Of a stretch of 32,000 nucleotides of DNA, positions 1-9,344 are shown piece after piece; within the stretch, counting starts at the first letter, position 1, and every line of letters starts with the position of its first letter. The translations under genes were made by a program, and so were the position numbers. Origin of the DNA: Desulfocapsa sulfexigens DSM 10523 (GTDB lineage Bacteria > Desulfobacterota > Desulfobulbia > Desulfobulbales > Desulfocapsaceae); contig NC_020304.1 of the NCBI RefSeq assembly GCF_000341395.1, positions 3,600,001 through 3,632,000 of the forward strand, written 5' to 3'. The notes under the pieces are model-generated. The model ran no database searches. It was not told the origin of the DNA and saw only the letters and a list, made by a program, of their open reading frames with translations.

Positions 1-751
1 CCTGACCATACTCAGCCAACCCATTTTCGCGGATATCTGTTTCGCTGACGGTTGAAGCCAGGGGGAGCAGGAAAACCATCTGTTTTTTCTGACAGTTCTG
101 CTTCTGCAACCTTTGAGCAGTCTGCAGTAAAATCGGCAGAAGAGTCGCTATTTCCTTTCGCCTGCTGCCAGGTAACAAACCAATACAGAGATTTTCGGTG
201 TCGATAGTATGATTTTTACAAAACTCATCGCGCCCGGTGATGCTCTTCACAGTATCGAGTAAGGGATGGCCCACATATTCCGCTGTAAGACCATGACTGC
301 GAAAAAAATCCTGCTCAAAAGGGAGAATTACACCAATTTTGTCAACCCGTTCGCGAATGGTCTTTACCCGTCCGGAGCGCCAGGCCCACACCTGAGGTGT
401 GATATAATAAAAAACTGGAATACCAAGTTTTTTTGCAGACCTGGCAAGCATAAGGTTGAAATCAGGAAAATCAATAATGATAAGAAGAGCAGGACGTTCT
501 TCTTTAAGCGCTGTTCGTAATATTTTTCGTGCTGCAAGGATATCAGGAAGGTGAGTAAAAACTTCGGCAATCCCGACCACCGCAATTCTCTTCGCATCGA
601 ACAGGACATTCACTCCGGCAGCTATGAGTTCCTTACCACCCATCCCGGTGTAGCTGAGTTCGGGCCTTGCAGCCTGCATGGCCCTGACTAAATTTCCACC
701 ATGCAGGTCACCGGATGCCTCTCCGGCAATGATCATTACTCTGTTATTCAT
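1..751 (-). CDS. lpxB: Lipid-A-disaccharide synthase, partial (C-terminus beyond window edge)
   Basis: Not in the ORF track because it is open at the window edge. Reverse-strand translation from 751 gives [48 protein letters not shown]..., the LpxB N-terminus. Its ATG directly follows the stop of the upstream gene (TAA-ATG). Confidence 0.93.
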   Translation of the reverse strand, partial: MNNRVMIIAGEASGDLHGGNLVRAMQAARPELSYTGMGGKELIAAGVNVLFDAKRIAVVGIAEVFTHLPDILAARKILRTALKEERPALLIIIDFPDFNLMLARSAKKLGIPVFYYITPQVWAWRSGRVKTIRERVDKIGVILPFEQDFFRSHGLTAEYVGHPLLDTVKSITGRDEFCKNHTIDTENLCIGLLPGSRRKEIATLLPILLQTAQRLQKQNCQKKQMVFLLPLASTVSETDIRENGLAEYGQ

Positions 752-1723
752 TTACCTTCCGGACATATCCTCTGCATACACCCCAAGTTTTTGATGATCC
801 TTTATCTGTTCAATCACCTGCAGGGCAACATCAAGCGCCCTCCGTCCTTCTTTTCCAGAAACAAGTGGAACGGTGCGGTTACGCACGTTTTCAACAAAAT
901 GCAGGATCTCAGAGTTTAAGGCATCCCCCTTGGGAAAAGTACTCACAACGATATCCTGTTTCGGCATACCGTTTGCCATAAATTCGTTCTTTTTCAGGTG
1001 TAATGTCGTAACCTTGCGATTGGCAAAGTCAACATTAATAAATGAACCAGGCTGGAAAATACGCATGCGCCGGGTGTTATTTCGTGAAATCCGTGAAACC
1101 GTAACATTTGCCGTAGCTCCATTCTCAAAGATAAGCCTGGCATTGGCAATATCCGTGAAATCGGTAACGACCGGAGCACCGACAGTATGAATTGTCTCCA
1201 GAGGAGATTTGATTATATTTAAGATGATATCAATATCATGAATCATGAGATCGAGTACAACATCCACATCAACGCCACGATTTTTGAAGGTGGAGATTCG
1301 CTGGGATTCTATAAACACAGGAACGGTAAGGGAGGGAAGCATTGCCTCCACTGCAGGATTAAAACGTTCAAGATGGCCGACCTGTAATATCAGATCATGT
1401 TCTGCAGCTTTCTCTATAATCTCATCAGCTTCAGCAACCGTGGTAGTGATGGGTTTCTCCATCAGCATATCCACACCAGCCTCAATGCAGTCAAGAGCAA
1501 CCGCATAATGATAACTTGTCGGTACTACGACTGAAACTGCATCAACAAGCTCTAACAACTCTCGATAATCGGTGAATGCAAGACAACCGTTCTCTTTGGC
1601 AATTGCCTGAGCAGCATCCGGGTCAATATCAGCGACACCGACAAGCTCTACATCCTCCATAGCCCTATATTTCTGAGCATGATACTTCCCTAAATACCCA
1701 ACCCCGATAACACCTGCTTTCAT
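752..1723 (-). CDS. Gfo/Idh/MocA family oxidoreductase, adjacent to lpxB
   Basis: 323 aa, Rossmann N-terminus MKAGVIGVGYLGKYHAQKY, and EKPITTTVAEADEI (EKP motif). Same strand as lpxB and directly upstream of it. Confidence 0.88.
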   Translation of the reverse strand: MKAGVIGVGYLGKYHAQKYRAMEDVELVGVADIDPDAAQAIAKENGCLAFTDYRELLELVDAVSVVVPTSYHYAVALDCIEAGVDMLMEKPITTTVAEADEIIEKAAEHDLILQVGHLERFNPAVEAMLPSLTVPVFIESQRISTFKNRGVDVDVVLDLMIHDIDIILNIIKSPLETIHTVGAPVVTDFTDIANARLIFENGATANVTVSRISRNNTRRMRIFQPGSFINVDFANRKVTTLHLKKNEFMANGMPKQDIVVSTFPKGDALNSEILHFVENVRNRTVPLVSGKEGRRALDVALQVIEQIKDHQKLGVYAEDMSGR

Positions 1724-1761
1724 ATTCGTTTATCCTTTATTCCTTCTCTCACGCAGATATA

Positions 1762-2475
1762 TCAGATTCCCAGGTAGGCTTTCTGTATATCCTGATTTTT
1801 TAGCAGGTTCTCGGCTGTGTCACTGATGGTAATATCACCATTTTCGATGACATACCCACGATCAGCAATATGCAGCGCCTGATTGGCATTTTGTTCCACC
1901 AGAAATATCGTCGTATTCTGTTCTTTGTTTATTTTCTTAACAATTTCAAAAATCTGCTTAATAATAAGTGGAGCCAGCCCCATTGACGGTTCATCGAGCA
2001 ACAGTAATTTAGGACGGGCCATGAGTGCTCGTGACATGGCAAGCATCTGCTGCTCACCACCGCTCAGGGTACCACCATCCTGCCCTCGCCTGTCTGCCAG
2101 AATTGGAAAAAGAGAAAACACATACTCAAGATCCTCTTTTATACCATCACTGTCATTTCGTAAAAAGGCTCCCATATCCAGGTTTTCCTGAACGGTGAGC
2201 GCAGGAAAGATATGACGCCCCTCTGGAACCTGACAGATTCCTTTTGCAACAAGTTTTTCAGGAGGAAGCCTATGAATGGGTTCACCTTCAAAAATAACTT
2301 TCCCTGAGCGTACCGGAACAATACCTGAAACTGCCATCAGTGTCGTGGACTTACCAGCACCATTTGCACCAATCAGGGTGATAATCTCCCCACGATTAAT
2401 TACAATATCAATATTATGGAGAACCTGGATATTCCCGTAGCCGGCGGTTATATTTCGCAATTCAAGCATCAACAT
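1762..2475 (-). CDS. livF: Branched-chain amino acid ABC transporter ATP-binding protein LivF
   Basis: 237 aa, Walker A GANGAGKST, signature LSGGEQQM, Walker B LLLLDEP; LIV operon context. Confidence 0.93.
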   Translation of the reverse strand: MLMLELRNITAGYGNIQVLHNIDIVINRGEIITLIGANGAGKSTTLMAVSGIVPVRSGKVIFEGEPIHRLPPEKLVAKGICQVPEGRHIFPALTVQENLDMGAFLRNDSDGIKEDLEYVFSLFPILADRRGQDGGTLSGGEQQMLAMSRALMARPKLLLLDEPSMGLAPLIIKQIFEIVKKINKEQNTTIFLVEQNANQALHIADRGYVIENGDITISDTAENLLKNQDIQKAYLGI

Positions 2476-3268
2476 CCTCCCCGAGATAGGCTTTAATCAC
2501 GGCTGGATTGGAACGTACCTCTTCGGGGGTACCCTGCGCAATCTTTTTTCCATAATCCATGACAAAAATCCTATCAGACAAACTCATCACCAGTTTCATA
2601 TCATGCTCGATAAGAAGAATGGAATGCCCTTCTTTGCAGATTGCCTTTATCAGGGTTACCAGAGCTTCGGTTTCCTGAGGATTCATTCCAGCTGCCGGTT
2701 CATCGAGCAGGAGCAGAAAAGGCTCGGTGGCGAGAGCTCGTCCAATTTCAAGACGGCGCTGAGCACCATAGGAAAGATTTCTGGCCTCTTCATTCGCCTG
2801 ACGATGTAGGCCAACCTTTTTCAGAAGCCCACGACTGGTATCCACAATTTCCTCTTCTTCACGTCTGGTCGCTGGTCCTCGGAATATAGCACCCAATATT
2901 AATGCTTTTGTTCGGCAATGTCTGCCAATCATCACATTTTCAAGTACACTCATACTAGGAAAGAGACGAATATTCTGAAACGTCCTGGCCATCCCAATTT
3001 TTGTTATATTATTGGGCTTCATACCATTCAACCTGGTTTTCTTTCCAGTCTCAGGATTACGCAAATAAATATCGCCTGCAGTCGGAGTATAAATACCTGT
3101 TAAACAGTTAAAAAATGTGGTTTTCCCAGCACCATTAGGGCCGATCAGGGCCACGATTTCACCAGGATGAATATCAAGATCAATCTTATCTATAGCCTTG
3201 ATGCCCCCAAAGTTTTTGGTCAGGCCGCTTACTTGTAATATTGCTTCACTCATGGCTGACTCACTCAC
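2462..3268 (-). CDS. livG: Branched-chain amino acid ABC transporter ATP-binding protein LivG
   Basis: 268 aa, GPNGAGKTT, LSYGAQRRLEIGRAL, LLLLDEPAAGMNPQE. An internal Met (MSEAILQVSGL) may be the true start. Confidence 0.93.
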   Translation of the reverse strand: MSESAMSEAILQVSGLTKNFGGIKAIDKIDLDIHPGEIVALIGPNGAGKTTFFNCLTGIYTPTAGDIYLRNPETGKKTRLNGMKPNNITKIGMARTFQNIRLFPSMSVLENVMIGRHCRTKALILGAIFRGPATRREEEEIVDTSRGLLKKVGLHRQANEEARNLSYGAQRRLEIGRALATEPFLLLLDEPAAGMNPQETEALVTLIKAICKEGHSILLIEHDMKLVMSLSDRIFVMDYGKKIAQGTPEEVRSNPAVIKAYLGEDVDA

Positions 3269-4481
3269 TTATGGTGGACTGTTTTTTAAACCGATAACTG
3301 CGCCTGACATTGGAAATAATGCCATCCGGCTTAAAGACCATCATTACAACCAGAATTCCACCAAAGGCAAGCATACGATACTCGGAGAGGGCACGTAAAT
3401 ACTCGGGCATCAGGATCAAAATAAGTGCTCCGAAGATGACCCCGACAATGGACCCCATACCACCCAGAACGACGATGGAGAGAATGATTGCTGACTCCAG
3501 AAAGGTAAAACTTGCAGGATTGACGAAGGTTGTTTTGGCCGCAAAAATAACTCCGACAATACCGGCCCAGAAAGCGCCAAGACTAAAGGCAATGAGTTTT
3601 GTCTTGGTTTTGTCGATGCCCATGGCCTGGCAGGCGATCTCATCTTCACGCAGCGCAAGCCACGCCCGCCCAAGACGTGAATCCTGAAGCCTGTTGACCA
3701 CGAAAATCGTAAAAATAACCAGTGCAACAACTATATAATAGATATAGATGATACCTGATTCAAAATTCATATCCATGCCAAAAAAACTTGGACGGGGAAT
3801 ATTGGCAATGCCACTGGGCCCACTGGAAAAGTCATTCCAGTTTTCAAGAATAAGTCGAATTATTTCACCAAACCCCAGGGTAACAATGGCAAGATAATCG
3901 CCGCGCAAACGAAGTACTGGAAAACCCAGAAGAATACCTAGAAAAGCAGCAAATAAACCACCAATTGGCAGAACGGCCCAGAACCCCATACCAAAGTGGA
4001 GATTCAGCAAAGCATAACTGTAGGCCCCGACGGCATAGAAAGCAACATAGCCAAGGTCGAGTAACCCGGCAACTCCGACCACAATATTCAATCCCAGTCC
4101 TAGCACCACGTACATGAGTGCAGTGGTCATGATATTGGTTTGGTACGTGGAAAAGAAATAGGGAAAAGCAACCGCAAACACCAGAACTGCAAGACACAAG
4201 GGGTAGAGAAAGCGTGGTTCCCTCAAAATTCGATGCACAAAAGGCTCGTTGACAACCTTAATTACTTTTTTACGGCCGGAAAGGCGCTCTTTACGAAGAA
4301 GATATACCTTAGCCAGAATAGATATGACAAAACTGCCGAGTGCAATAAAAAACATGTTATCCCAGCGCCAGTCAACAGTTCGCTCAATGGGATTGACCTT
4401 TATCACCATAATTGGAAAAGTGAGAAAGGCAAACCAGAGTGAGATAAGGGCCGATCGTTTAAGTTCTTTTACAGGAAACAT
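3261..4481 (-). CDS. livM: Branched-chain amino acid ABC transporter permease LivM
   Basis: 406 aa multi-span protein containing GLGLNIVVGVAGLLDLGYVAFYAVGAY and LGFGEIIRLILENW. Confidence 0.92.
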   Translation of the reverse strand: MFPVKELKRSALISLWFAFLTFPIMVIKVNPIERTVDWRWDNMFFIALGSFVISILAKVYLLRKERLSGRKKVIKVVNEPFVHRILREPRFLYPLCLAVLVFAVAFPYFFSTYQTNIMTTALMYVVLGLGLNIVVGVAGLLDLGYVAFYAVGAYSYALLNLHFGMGFWAVLPIGGLFAAFLGILLGFPVLRLRGDYLAIVTLGFGEIIRLILENWNDFSSGPSGIANIPRPSFFGMDMNFESGIIYIYYIVVALVIFTIFVVNRLQDSRLGRAWLALREDEIACQAMGIDKTKTKLIAFSLGAFWAGIVGVIFAAKTTFVNPASFTFLESAIILSIVVLGGMGSIVGVIFGALILILMPEYLRALSEYRMLAFGGILVVMMVFKPDGIISNVRRSYRFKKQSTISE

Positions 4482-4493
4482 ACATATACCAGG

Positions 4494-5417
4494 TTACACT
4501 TTCTTGGTTTCAGCCTTACCGAGAAGCCCGGAAGGTTTAAAAATGAGGATCAACACCAACAGCGAAAAGGCAAAAACATCTTCATAGTCAGAAGAGACAT
4601 AGCCTGTTGCAAAACTCTCGGTCAGACCAAGGACAAGACTGCCAAGCACAGCACCAGGAATAGAACCAATTCCACCAAGTACCGCGGCGGTAAAGGCCTT
4701 GATCCCTGCAATAAAACCGATATAGAAATTGATCTGACCAATGTGAGAGGCAATAAGCATCCCCCCAATGGCAGCAAGTGCCGAACCTATAACAAAAGTG
4801 GCTGAGATCACGCGATCCACATTAATTCCCACAAGCACCGCCATGGTCTTATCCTGGGCTGTGGCACGCATGGCCTTTCCAATCTTGGTAAACTTAATAA
4901 GAAAAGTAAGCCCGATCATTACCAGCGCTGTCGTTACAAGAATTACGAGATCAGAAGAACCGACAATATGAGCCACCGGCTCCATAAAGGGAAAGTCAGG
5001 AATAAGCTCTGGGAATGGGAGAAAATCCGAGGTCTGGGCAAGTAAAACATAGTTTTGCAGGAATATGGACATTCCAATGGCACTGATCAGCGGAGCAAGC
5101 CGTGGTGCCTTGCGCAGGGGACGATAGGCAAGTTTCTCAACGGTAAATCCGTAGGCACTGGACCAGACAGCAGCGGCAAGGCCTGCAATAATGACAATTG
5201 ACAGTAGGGGAAACCCATAAATGGAGAGGACCGTGGCGATGATAAAGGATGTAAAAGCCCCTATCATATAAATCTCACCATGAGCAAAGTTAATAAGACC
5301 AATAATACCGTAGACCATGGTATAGCCAAGGGCGATCAGGGCATAAATAGAGCCCCTGGTCAGTCCGCCGAAAAAAAGTTCAATAAAATAATCCATATTG
5401 TATTCAGACCGCAGCAA
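4494..5417 (-). CDS. livH: Branched-chain amino acid ABC transporter permease LivH
   Basis: 307 aa, GSIYALIALGYTMVYGIIGLINFAHGEIYMIGAF. Confidence 0.93.
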   Translation of the reverse strand: MLRSEYNMDYFIELFFGGLTRGSIYALIALGYTMVYGIIGLINFAHGEIYMIGAFTSFIIATVLSIYGFPLLSIVIIAGLAAAVWSSAYGFTVEKLAYRPLRKAPRLAPLISAIGMSIFLQNYVLLAQTSDFLPFPELIPDFPFMEPVAHIVGSSDLVILVTTALVMIGLTFLIKFTKIGKAMRATAQDKTMAVLVGINVDRVISATFVIGSALAAIGGMLIASHIGQINFYIGFIAGIKAFTAAVLGGIGSIPGAVLGSLVLGLTESFATGYVSSDYEDVFAFSLLVLILIFKPSGLLGKAETKKV

Positions 5418-5455
5418 AAAGAAGCGCCTGGAACAAATTTACTCTGTTCCAGGCG
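5413..5455 (-). terminator. Rho-independent terminator-like hairpin between livJ and livH
   Basis: Minus strand CGCCTGGAACA-GAGTAAATT-TGTTCCAGGCG, a perfect 11-bp stem (5425-5455), followed by a T-rich tract (CTTCTTTTT). Confidence 0.75.
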
Positions 5456-5488
5456 TGAACCAACTCATACAAACAACAAGTGTTCTCG

Positions 5489-6631
5489 TTATTCTACTAC
5501 TACATACTTACCATCTTTTACAACATACATTACGAAACCAACTCCAACAGCATCGCCCTTGGCATCAAAATGAATGTTTCCAACGGGAGTTGCAACTGTT
5601 TCTGTCTGCAGAGCTTTCACAACAGCAGCGCTATCGGTGGTTCCTGCCTTTTCAATAGCATTCAAAAGAGCAAGAGCGGCAGAGTAGGCGTTCTCAAAAA
5701 AGGCGCCAGGGTCTTCATTGTAAGCTTTCTTGTGAGCTTCAATGGCAGCAATAGCAACGGGATTGGCTGAATTATCCTGTGGACCTGATGCGTAAACACC
5801 TTCAGCATTGTCACCGGCTACTTTGATAAAGGTATCGTCCTTTACACCATCATCAGAAACGAAGGGAATATCCATACGTTTCTTTTTCATCATGGAAACA
5901 ATTTTAGAAGCTTCAGGGTGGTATCCACCAAATATCACAGCATCGGCACCTGTACGTTTAATTTTCTGTACAATTGCAGTGTAATCCACGGCACCTGGAG
6001 TCACACCTTCAAAAAGTGCAACCTCAGCCTTTCCGGATGCTTTCACGAGTCCCTCTGCAATCTCAGCGAGTCCCTTACCATAATCACCCTTATCATGAAT
6101 AACGGCAATTTTCTTGGCACCGAGGGTTCCAATGGTGAAATCAACCATGGCCTCTGCCTGAGCATCATCGGGGGCTATTGTTCTGAAAAAATTAGAATAG
6201 TCACCGGATTTGGTTAAATCAACGGCAGTGGCGGAAGGAGACATGACTATAACGCCAGCCTCTTTATAGATTGGAAGAGCAGCTTTGGTAGCGCCTGAGC
6301 AGATATGACCGAGTACAACATCGACACCATCTGTGACGAGCTTTGTTGCAGTGTTAGTTGCAACTTCCGGCTTACAGACATCATCTTCAATCAAAAGCTC
6401 AACTTTATTACCATTTATTCCGCCTTTTGCGTTGTATTGTTCAACTACAAGCTCAGCAGCTTTAACTGTTGGAAGACCATAGGAAGCGAGATCGCCACTT
6501 TGGGCACCGGCAACACCGAGTTTAATTGTGTCTCCAGCAATACCAGCAGCTGGTATGGCCATGGCAAAGCCTAAGGCAACGGTTGCAACAAACAATTTTT
6601 TCTTCAATCCAAAATGCATTGTCTTCTCCAA
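5489..6631 (-). CDS. livJ: Branched-chain amino acid ABC transporter periplasmic substrate-binding protein
   Basis: 380 aa with signal peptide (KKKLFVATVALGFAMAIPAAGIAG), then DTIKLGVAGAQSGDLASYGLPTVKAAELVVEQYNAKGG. Confidence 0.92.
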   Translation of the reverse strand: MEKTMHFGLKKKLFVATVALGFAMAIPAAGIAGDTIKLGVAGAQSGDLASYGLPTVKAAELVVEQYNAKGGINGNKVELLIEDDVCKPEVATNTATKLVTDGVDVVLGHICSGATKAALPIYKEAGVIVMSPSATAVDLTKSGDYSNFFRTIAPDDAQAEAMVDFTIGTLGAKKIAVIHDKGDYGKGLAEIAEGLVKASGKAEVALFEGVTPGAVDYTAIVQKIKRTGADAVIFGGYHPEASKIVSMMKKKRMDIPFVSDDGVKDDTFIKVAGDNAEGVYASGPQDNSANPVAIAAIEAHKKAYNEDPGAFFENAYSAALALLNAIEKAGTTDSAAVVKALQTETVATPVGNIHFDAKGDAVGVGFVMYVVKDGKYVVVE

Positions 6632-6849
6632 AAATTAGAAATTTGATCTTTACCCGTCCAATGCCATTAACAAACAAAAGCAGTTTGACATAAAATAGGG
6701 CTGGAACTCTCCATAAATGTTAGTATCATTATCACGTCGTTTAGTCAAAAAAAAGAAATCGAGAATAATAGCAATCATTAAAAAGTCACGTCTTTTTTTG
6801 ATTTTTTTCTCATAAGAATTGCTACCAAATTGTCCCTTCGCTCAAGCAT

Positions 6850-7908
6850 ATGTCACAGAAATTTTCCAGCCTCTATTTTTTTGGTCGTCCCTTCAGTCCT
6901 CTGTACAGCGGAATCATGAAGATAAGAGAGTCTCTTTATCTCAGAGGAATAAAGAGGCGTTATACATTTGACGTTCCGGTAATATCAGTTGGTAACCTCA
7001 CAATGGGGGGAACCGGCAAAACACCCGTTGTTGGAATGCTTGCCTCACTGCTTTTCAAGAGAGGGTTCAAACCCGCTATTATCTCAAGAGGATACGGTGG
7101 TGGAGCCGACAGCAGGGTCAATGTGGTATCGGACGGCAAAGAGACATTCCTGGATGCCAAAGCTGCAGGTGATGAACCTTGTTTCCTTGCATCATCACTC
7201 CCGGGCGTACCGGTGCTCACAGGAATAGTCAGAGCCCTTCCCTGTCGTCATGCCATTGAGAAACTGGGCTGCAATGTTCTTATTCTCGACGATGGCTTTC
7301 AGCACATGTCTGTCCGGCGTGACCTTGATCTTGTTCTTTTCAGTGCTGCCAAGCTTGCCGGAAACAGCAGAGTATTCCCAGGAGGTGACTTACGTGAGCC
7401 TGTAAGTGCCCTAAAAAGATGTCATGCATTTATGATCACCGGAATAACCGAAGTATTACAGGAACGAGCTGAAAAATTTGCTGAACTTTTACAACGAAGA
7501 TTCCCGGGAAAACCGGTCTTCTTCACTTCTTACCAGGCCATAGGGGCGACATCACTGAAAGAGAGGCAAGACCAGGAAATTTCTACTCTCCCCTCTCCCC
7601 TCTTTGGATTTTGCGGGATTGCCCAGCCTGAGCTCTTCAAGGAAACCCTTACGAAAAATGGTATCTCACCTGCCGGTTTCATGCCCTTAAAGGATCACCA
7701 GCCATTCACTCCTTCTTTGATAAAAAAGATTGAACACCAGGCTGAACAATGCAACGCCAGGGGATTGATCACCACGGAAAAAGATCTTGTCAAACTGGCT
7801 CCAGACAGTTTTCAACTTCCTTGCTTCGGGCTCAAAATGAAAGTGAAAGCTGAACCTGAATTTGAAACATTTCTTAAGGAAATCCTTCCCGACACCCTTC
7901 TAAACTAA
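6850..7908 (+). CDS. lpxK: Tetraacyldisaccharide 4'-kinase
   Basis: 352 aa, VPVISVGNLTMGGTGKTPVV, ISRGYGG, LILDDGFQHMSVRRDLDLVL. Confidence 0.94.
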   Translation: MSQKFSSLYFFGRPFSPLYSGIMKIRESLYLRGIKRRYTFDVPVISVGNLTMGGTGKTPVVGMLASLLFKRGFKPAIISRGYGGGADSRVNVVSDGKETFLDAKAAGDEPCFLASSLPGVPVLTGIVRALPCRHAIEKLGCNVLILDDGFQHMSVRRDLDLVLFSAAKLAGNSRVFPGGDLREPVSALKRCHAFMITGITEVLQERAEKFAELLQRRFPGKPVFFTSYQAIGATSLKERQDQEISTLPSPLFGFCGIAQPELFKETLTKNGISPAGFMPLKDHQPFTPSLIKKIEHQAEQCNARGLITTEKDLVKLAPDSFQLPCFGLKMKVKAEPEFETFLKEILPDTLLN

Positions 7909-7998
7909 TCTAAAAGCTCTCTGACTCTCTGGCTTTTGCGAAAGAACAACTCCACCTCAAAAAAGATGTCTTTTTTCACTCAGTTGTGTCATTTGGAA

Positions 7999-8014
7999 CA
8001 CAGGCATGCCTGTG
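7999..8014. promoter_or_regulatory. 16-bp perfect palindrome CACAGGCATGCCTGTG, candidate activator-binding site upstream of lpxC
   Basis: Directly visible palindrome about 90-100 bp upstream of a sigma-54-like promoter. The regulatory role is inference. Confidence 0.4.
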
Positions 8015-8100
8015 AGCGTCAAAAAACACACACCAATCTATCTTGTTGTTTTTATGACATATCAATTTAAAAAAGCCTCAAAATAACGCCAATCTGGTCG

Positions 8101-8116
8101 TGGTACGTTTTTTGCA
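8101..8116 (+). promoter_or_regulatory. Candidate sigma-54 (RpoN) promoter for lpxC
   Basis: TGGTACG-TTTT-TTGCA: GG-N10-GC spacing, close to the consensus TGGCACG-N4-TTGCA, 59 bp upstream of the lpxC ORF start. Confidence 0.6.
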
Positions 8117-8174
8117 TAACAATTTGCAGAACTTAAACAAAAAACTGTATTCTATTCACATATAAGGATTTACA

Positions 8175-9182
8175 ATGACCTCAATTTCACTCAATCCGCA
8201 TCAGCATACATTGAAAAAATCGGTAAGCTGTTATGGAGTTGGGTTGCATTCCGGCGACCCGGTGACGCTTACCATCAGACCAGCCTCCGAGAATTCCGGG
8301 ATTCGTTTTTTTCGCATCGACCTTGACGATAAGCAGGGTATTCCTGCTCATATGGATAAAGTAGTGGATACCAGACTGGCTACCACCATTGCAGACAAGG
8401 AAAAATACGTTTCAACTACTGAGCATATCATGGCTGCCCTTCAAGGCTACGGTGTTGATAATGCCACGATTGAACTTGATGGTGCAGAAGTACCCATTAT
8501 GGATGGCAGTGCAGGTCCTTTTATGCTCCTTCTGAAAAAAGCTGGCCTCAAAAAACAGAGGGCCATGCGAAAAGTCCTCCGCATCACCAAAAAAATTGTT
8601 TTCACTTCAGGCGACACAGAGATCAAGATTCTTCCCTACGAAGGCTTTAAGGTCAGCGGCGAAATTCATTTTGATGCCCCTATTATTAAAACCCAATCCT
8701 ACTCCATTGATCTCACCTCTGAGAAATTTGCCAAAGAAATTTCCCGTGCCAGAACATTCGGCTATGTTGAACAGGTTGAAGAACTCTGGGCAAACGGACT
8801 GGCTCAGGGAGGAAACCTCGACAACGTCATCGCCATTCACTGGGACAGGAACACCATCCTCAATGAAGGCGGGTTACGCTTTGCTGACGAATTCATTCGC
8901 CACAAAGTTCTTGATCTTATCGGTGACCTTGCCCTGCTCGGTTGCCCCATACTTGGTCACGTGATAGCCTCCCGTTGCGGACATACTCAGCATCTCGGTT
9001 TCTTGATGGCCCTCGTACAGGCTGCAGACTGCTGGGAAATTGTGGAGCTTGAAACCAAAGGCGGTCAATCGGTATTTCATCAGGTTGCATCAACAACCAA
9101 GGCGATGAGCAAACAAATCATTCCGCTTATTGTCCCGCAACCACTCAACCCTGCAAATAATGTCGCCAGCGCATCCTGCTGA
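8175..9182 (+). CDS. lpxC: UDP-3-O-acyl-N-acetylglucosamine deacetylase
   Basis: 335 aa, GVGLHSGDPVTLTIRPA, VSTTEHIMAALQGYGVDNATIELDG, HKVLDLIGDLALLGCPILGHVIASRCGH. Confidence 0.94.
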   Translation: MTSISLNPHQHTLKKSVSCYGVGLHSGDPVTLTIRPASENSGIRFFRIDLDDKQGIPAHMDKVVDTRLATTIADKEKYVSTTEHIMAALQGYGVDNATIELDGAEVPIMDGSAGPFMLLLKKAGLKKQRAMRKVLRITKKIVFTSGDTEIKILPYEGFKVSGEIHFDAPIIKTQSYSIDLTSEKFAKEISRARTFGYVEQVEELWANGLAQGGNLDNVIAIHWDRNTILNEGGLRFADEFIRHKVLDLIGDLALLGCPILGHVIASRCGHTQHLGFLMALVQAADCWEIVELETKGGQSVFHQVASTTKAMSKQIIPLIVPQPLNPANNVASASC

Positions 9183-9197
9183 TTGCACACGACCTTA

Positions 9198-9222
9198 CTC
9201 CCTGTATAATAGATACAGGGAG
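9198..9222. terminator. Hairpin downstream of lpxC (possible weak terminator)
   Basis: CTCCCTGTAT-AATAG-ATACAGGGAG, perfect 10-bp stem; no clear U-tract. Confidence 0.45.
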
Positions 9223-9230
9223 AGTTCTAT

Positions 9231-9290
9231 CTATTCACCTATAATTTTCACCAATACTCGTTTCTTGCGTCTCCCTGCAAATTCACCATA
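9231..9290 (-). pseudogene. 3'-end remnant of a second yjbQ copy
   Basis: The reverse strand encodes [19 protein letters not shown], versus [19 protein letters not shown] at the end of the intact gene at 12659. Confidence 0.85.
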
Positions 9291-9344
9291 AAAATTTATT
9301 TGTTTCACATATTACACGTGAGTCATGCTGTTTTTTTATTAGCG

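Larger units (their letters stand above)
9133..9290. repeat. Copy 1 of a duplicated lpxC-end/yjbQ-end junction
   Basis: Colinear with 12573-12718. 9133-9153 matches 12573-12593 at 17/21. TCCTGCTGA matches 9/9, then a 4-nt gap in both copies, then 15/17 (9187-9203 vs 12620-12636). 9231-9290 matches 12659-12718 at 55/60. Confidence 0.85.

Noticed and set aside
266-609. Two small ORFs (266..520 + and 364..609 -) at the left edge
   Set aside because: Both overlap the lpxB coding sequence, which is supported in the correct reverse frame.
6721-6830. A/T-rich imperfect inverted repeat (AATCATTAAAAA...TTTTTTTGATT) between livJ and lpxK
   Set aside because: Low-complexity A/T pairing that could arise by chance; not strong enough to call a terminator or element.
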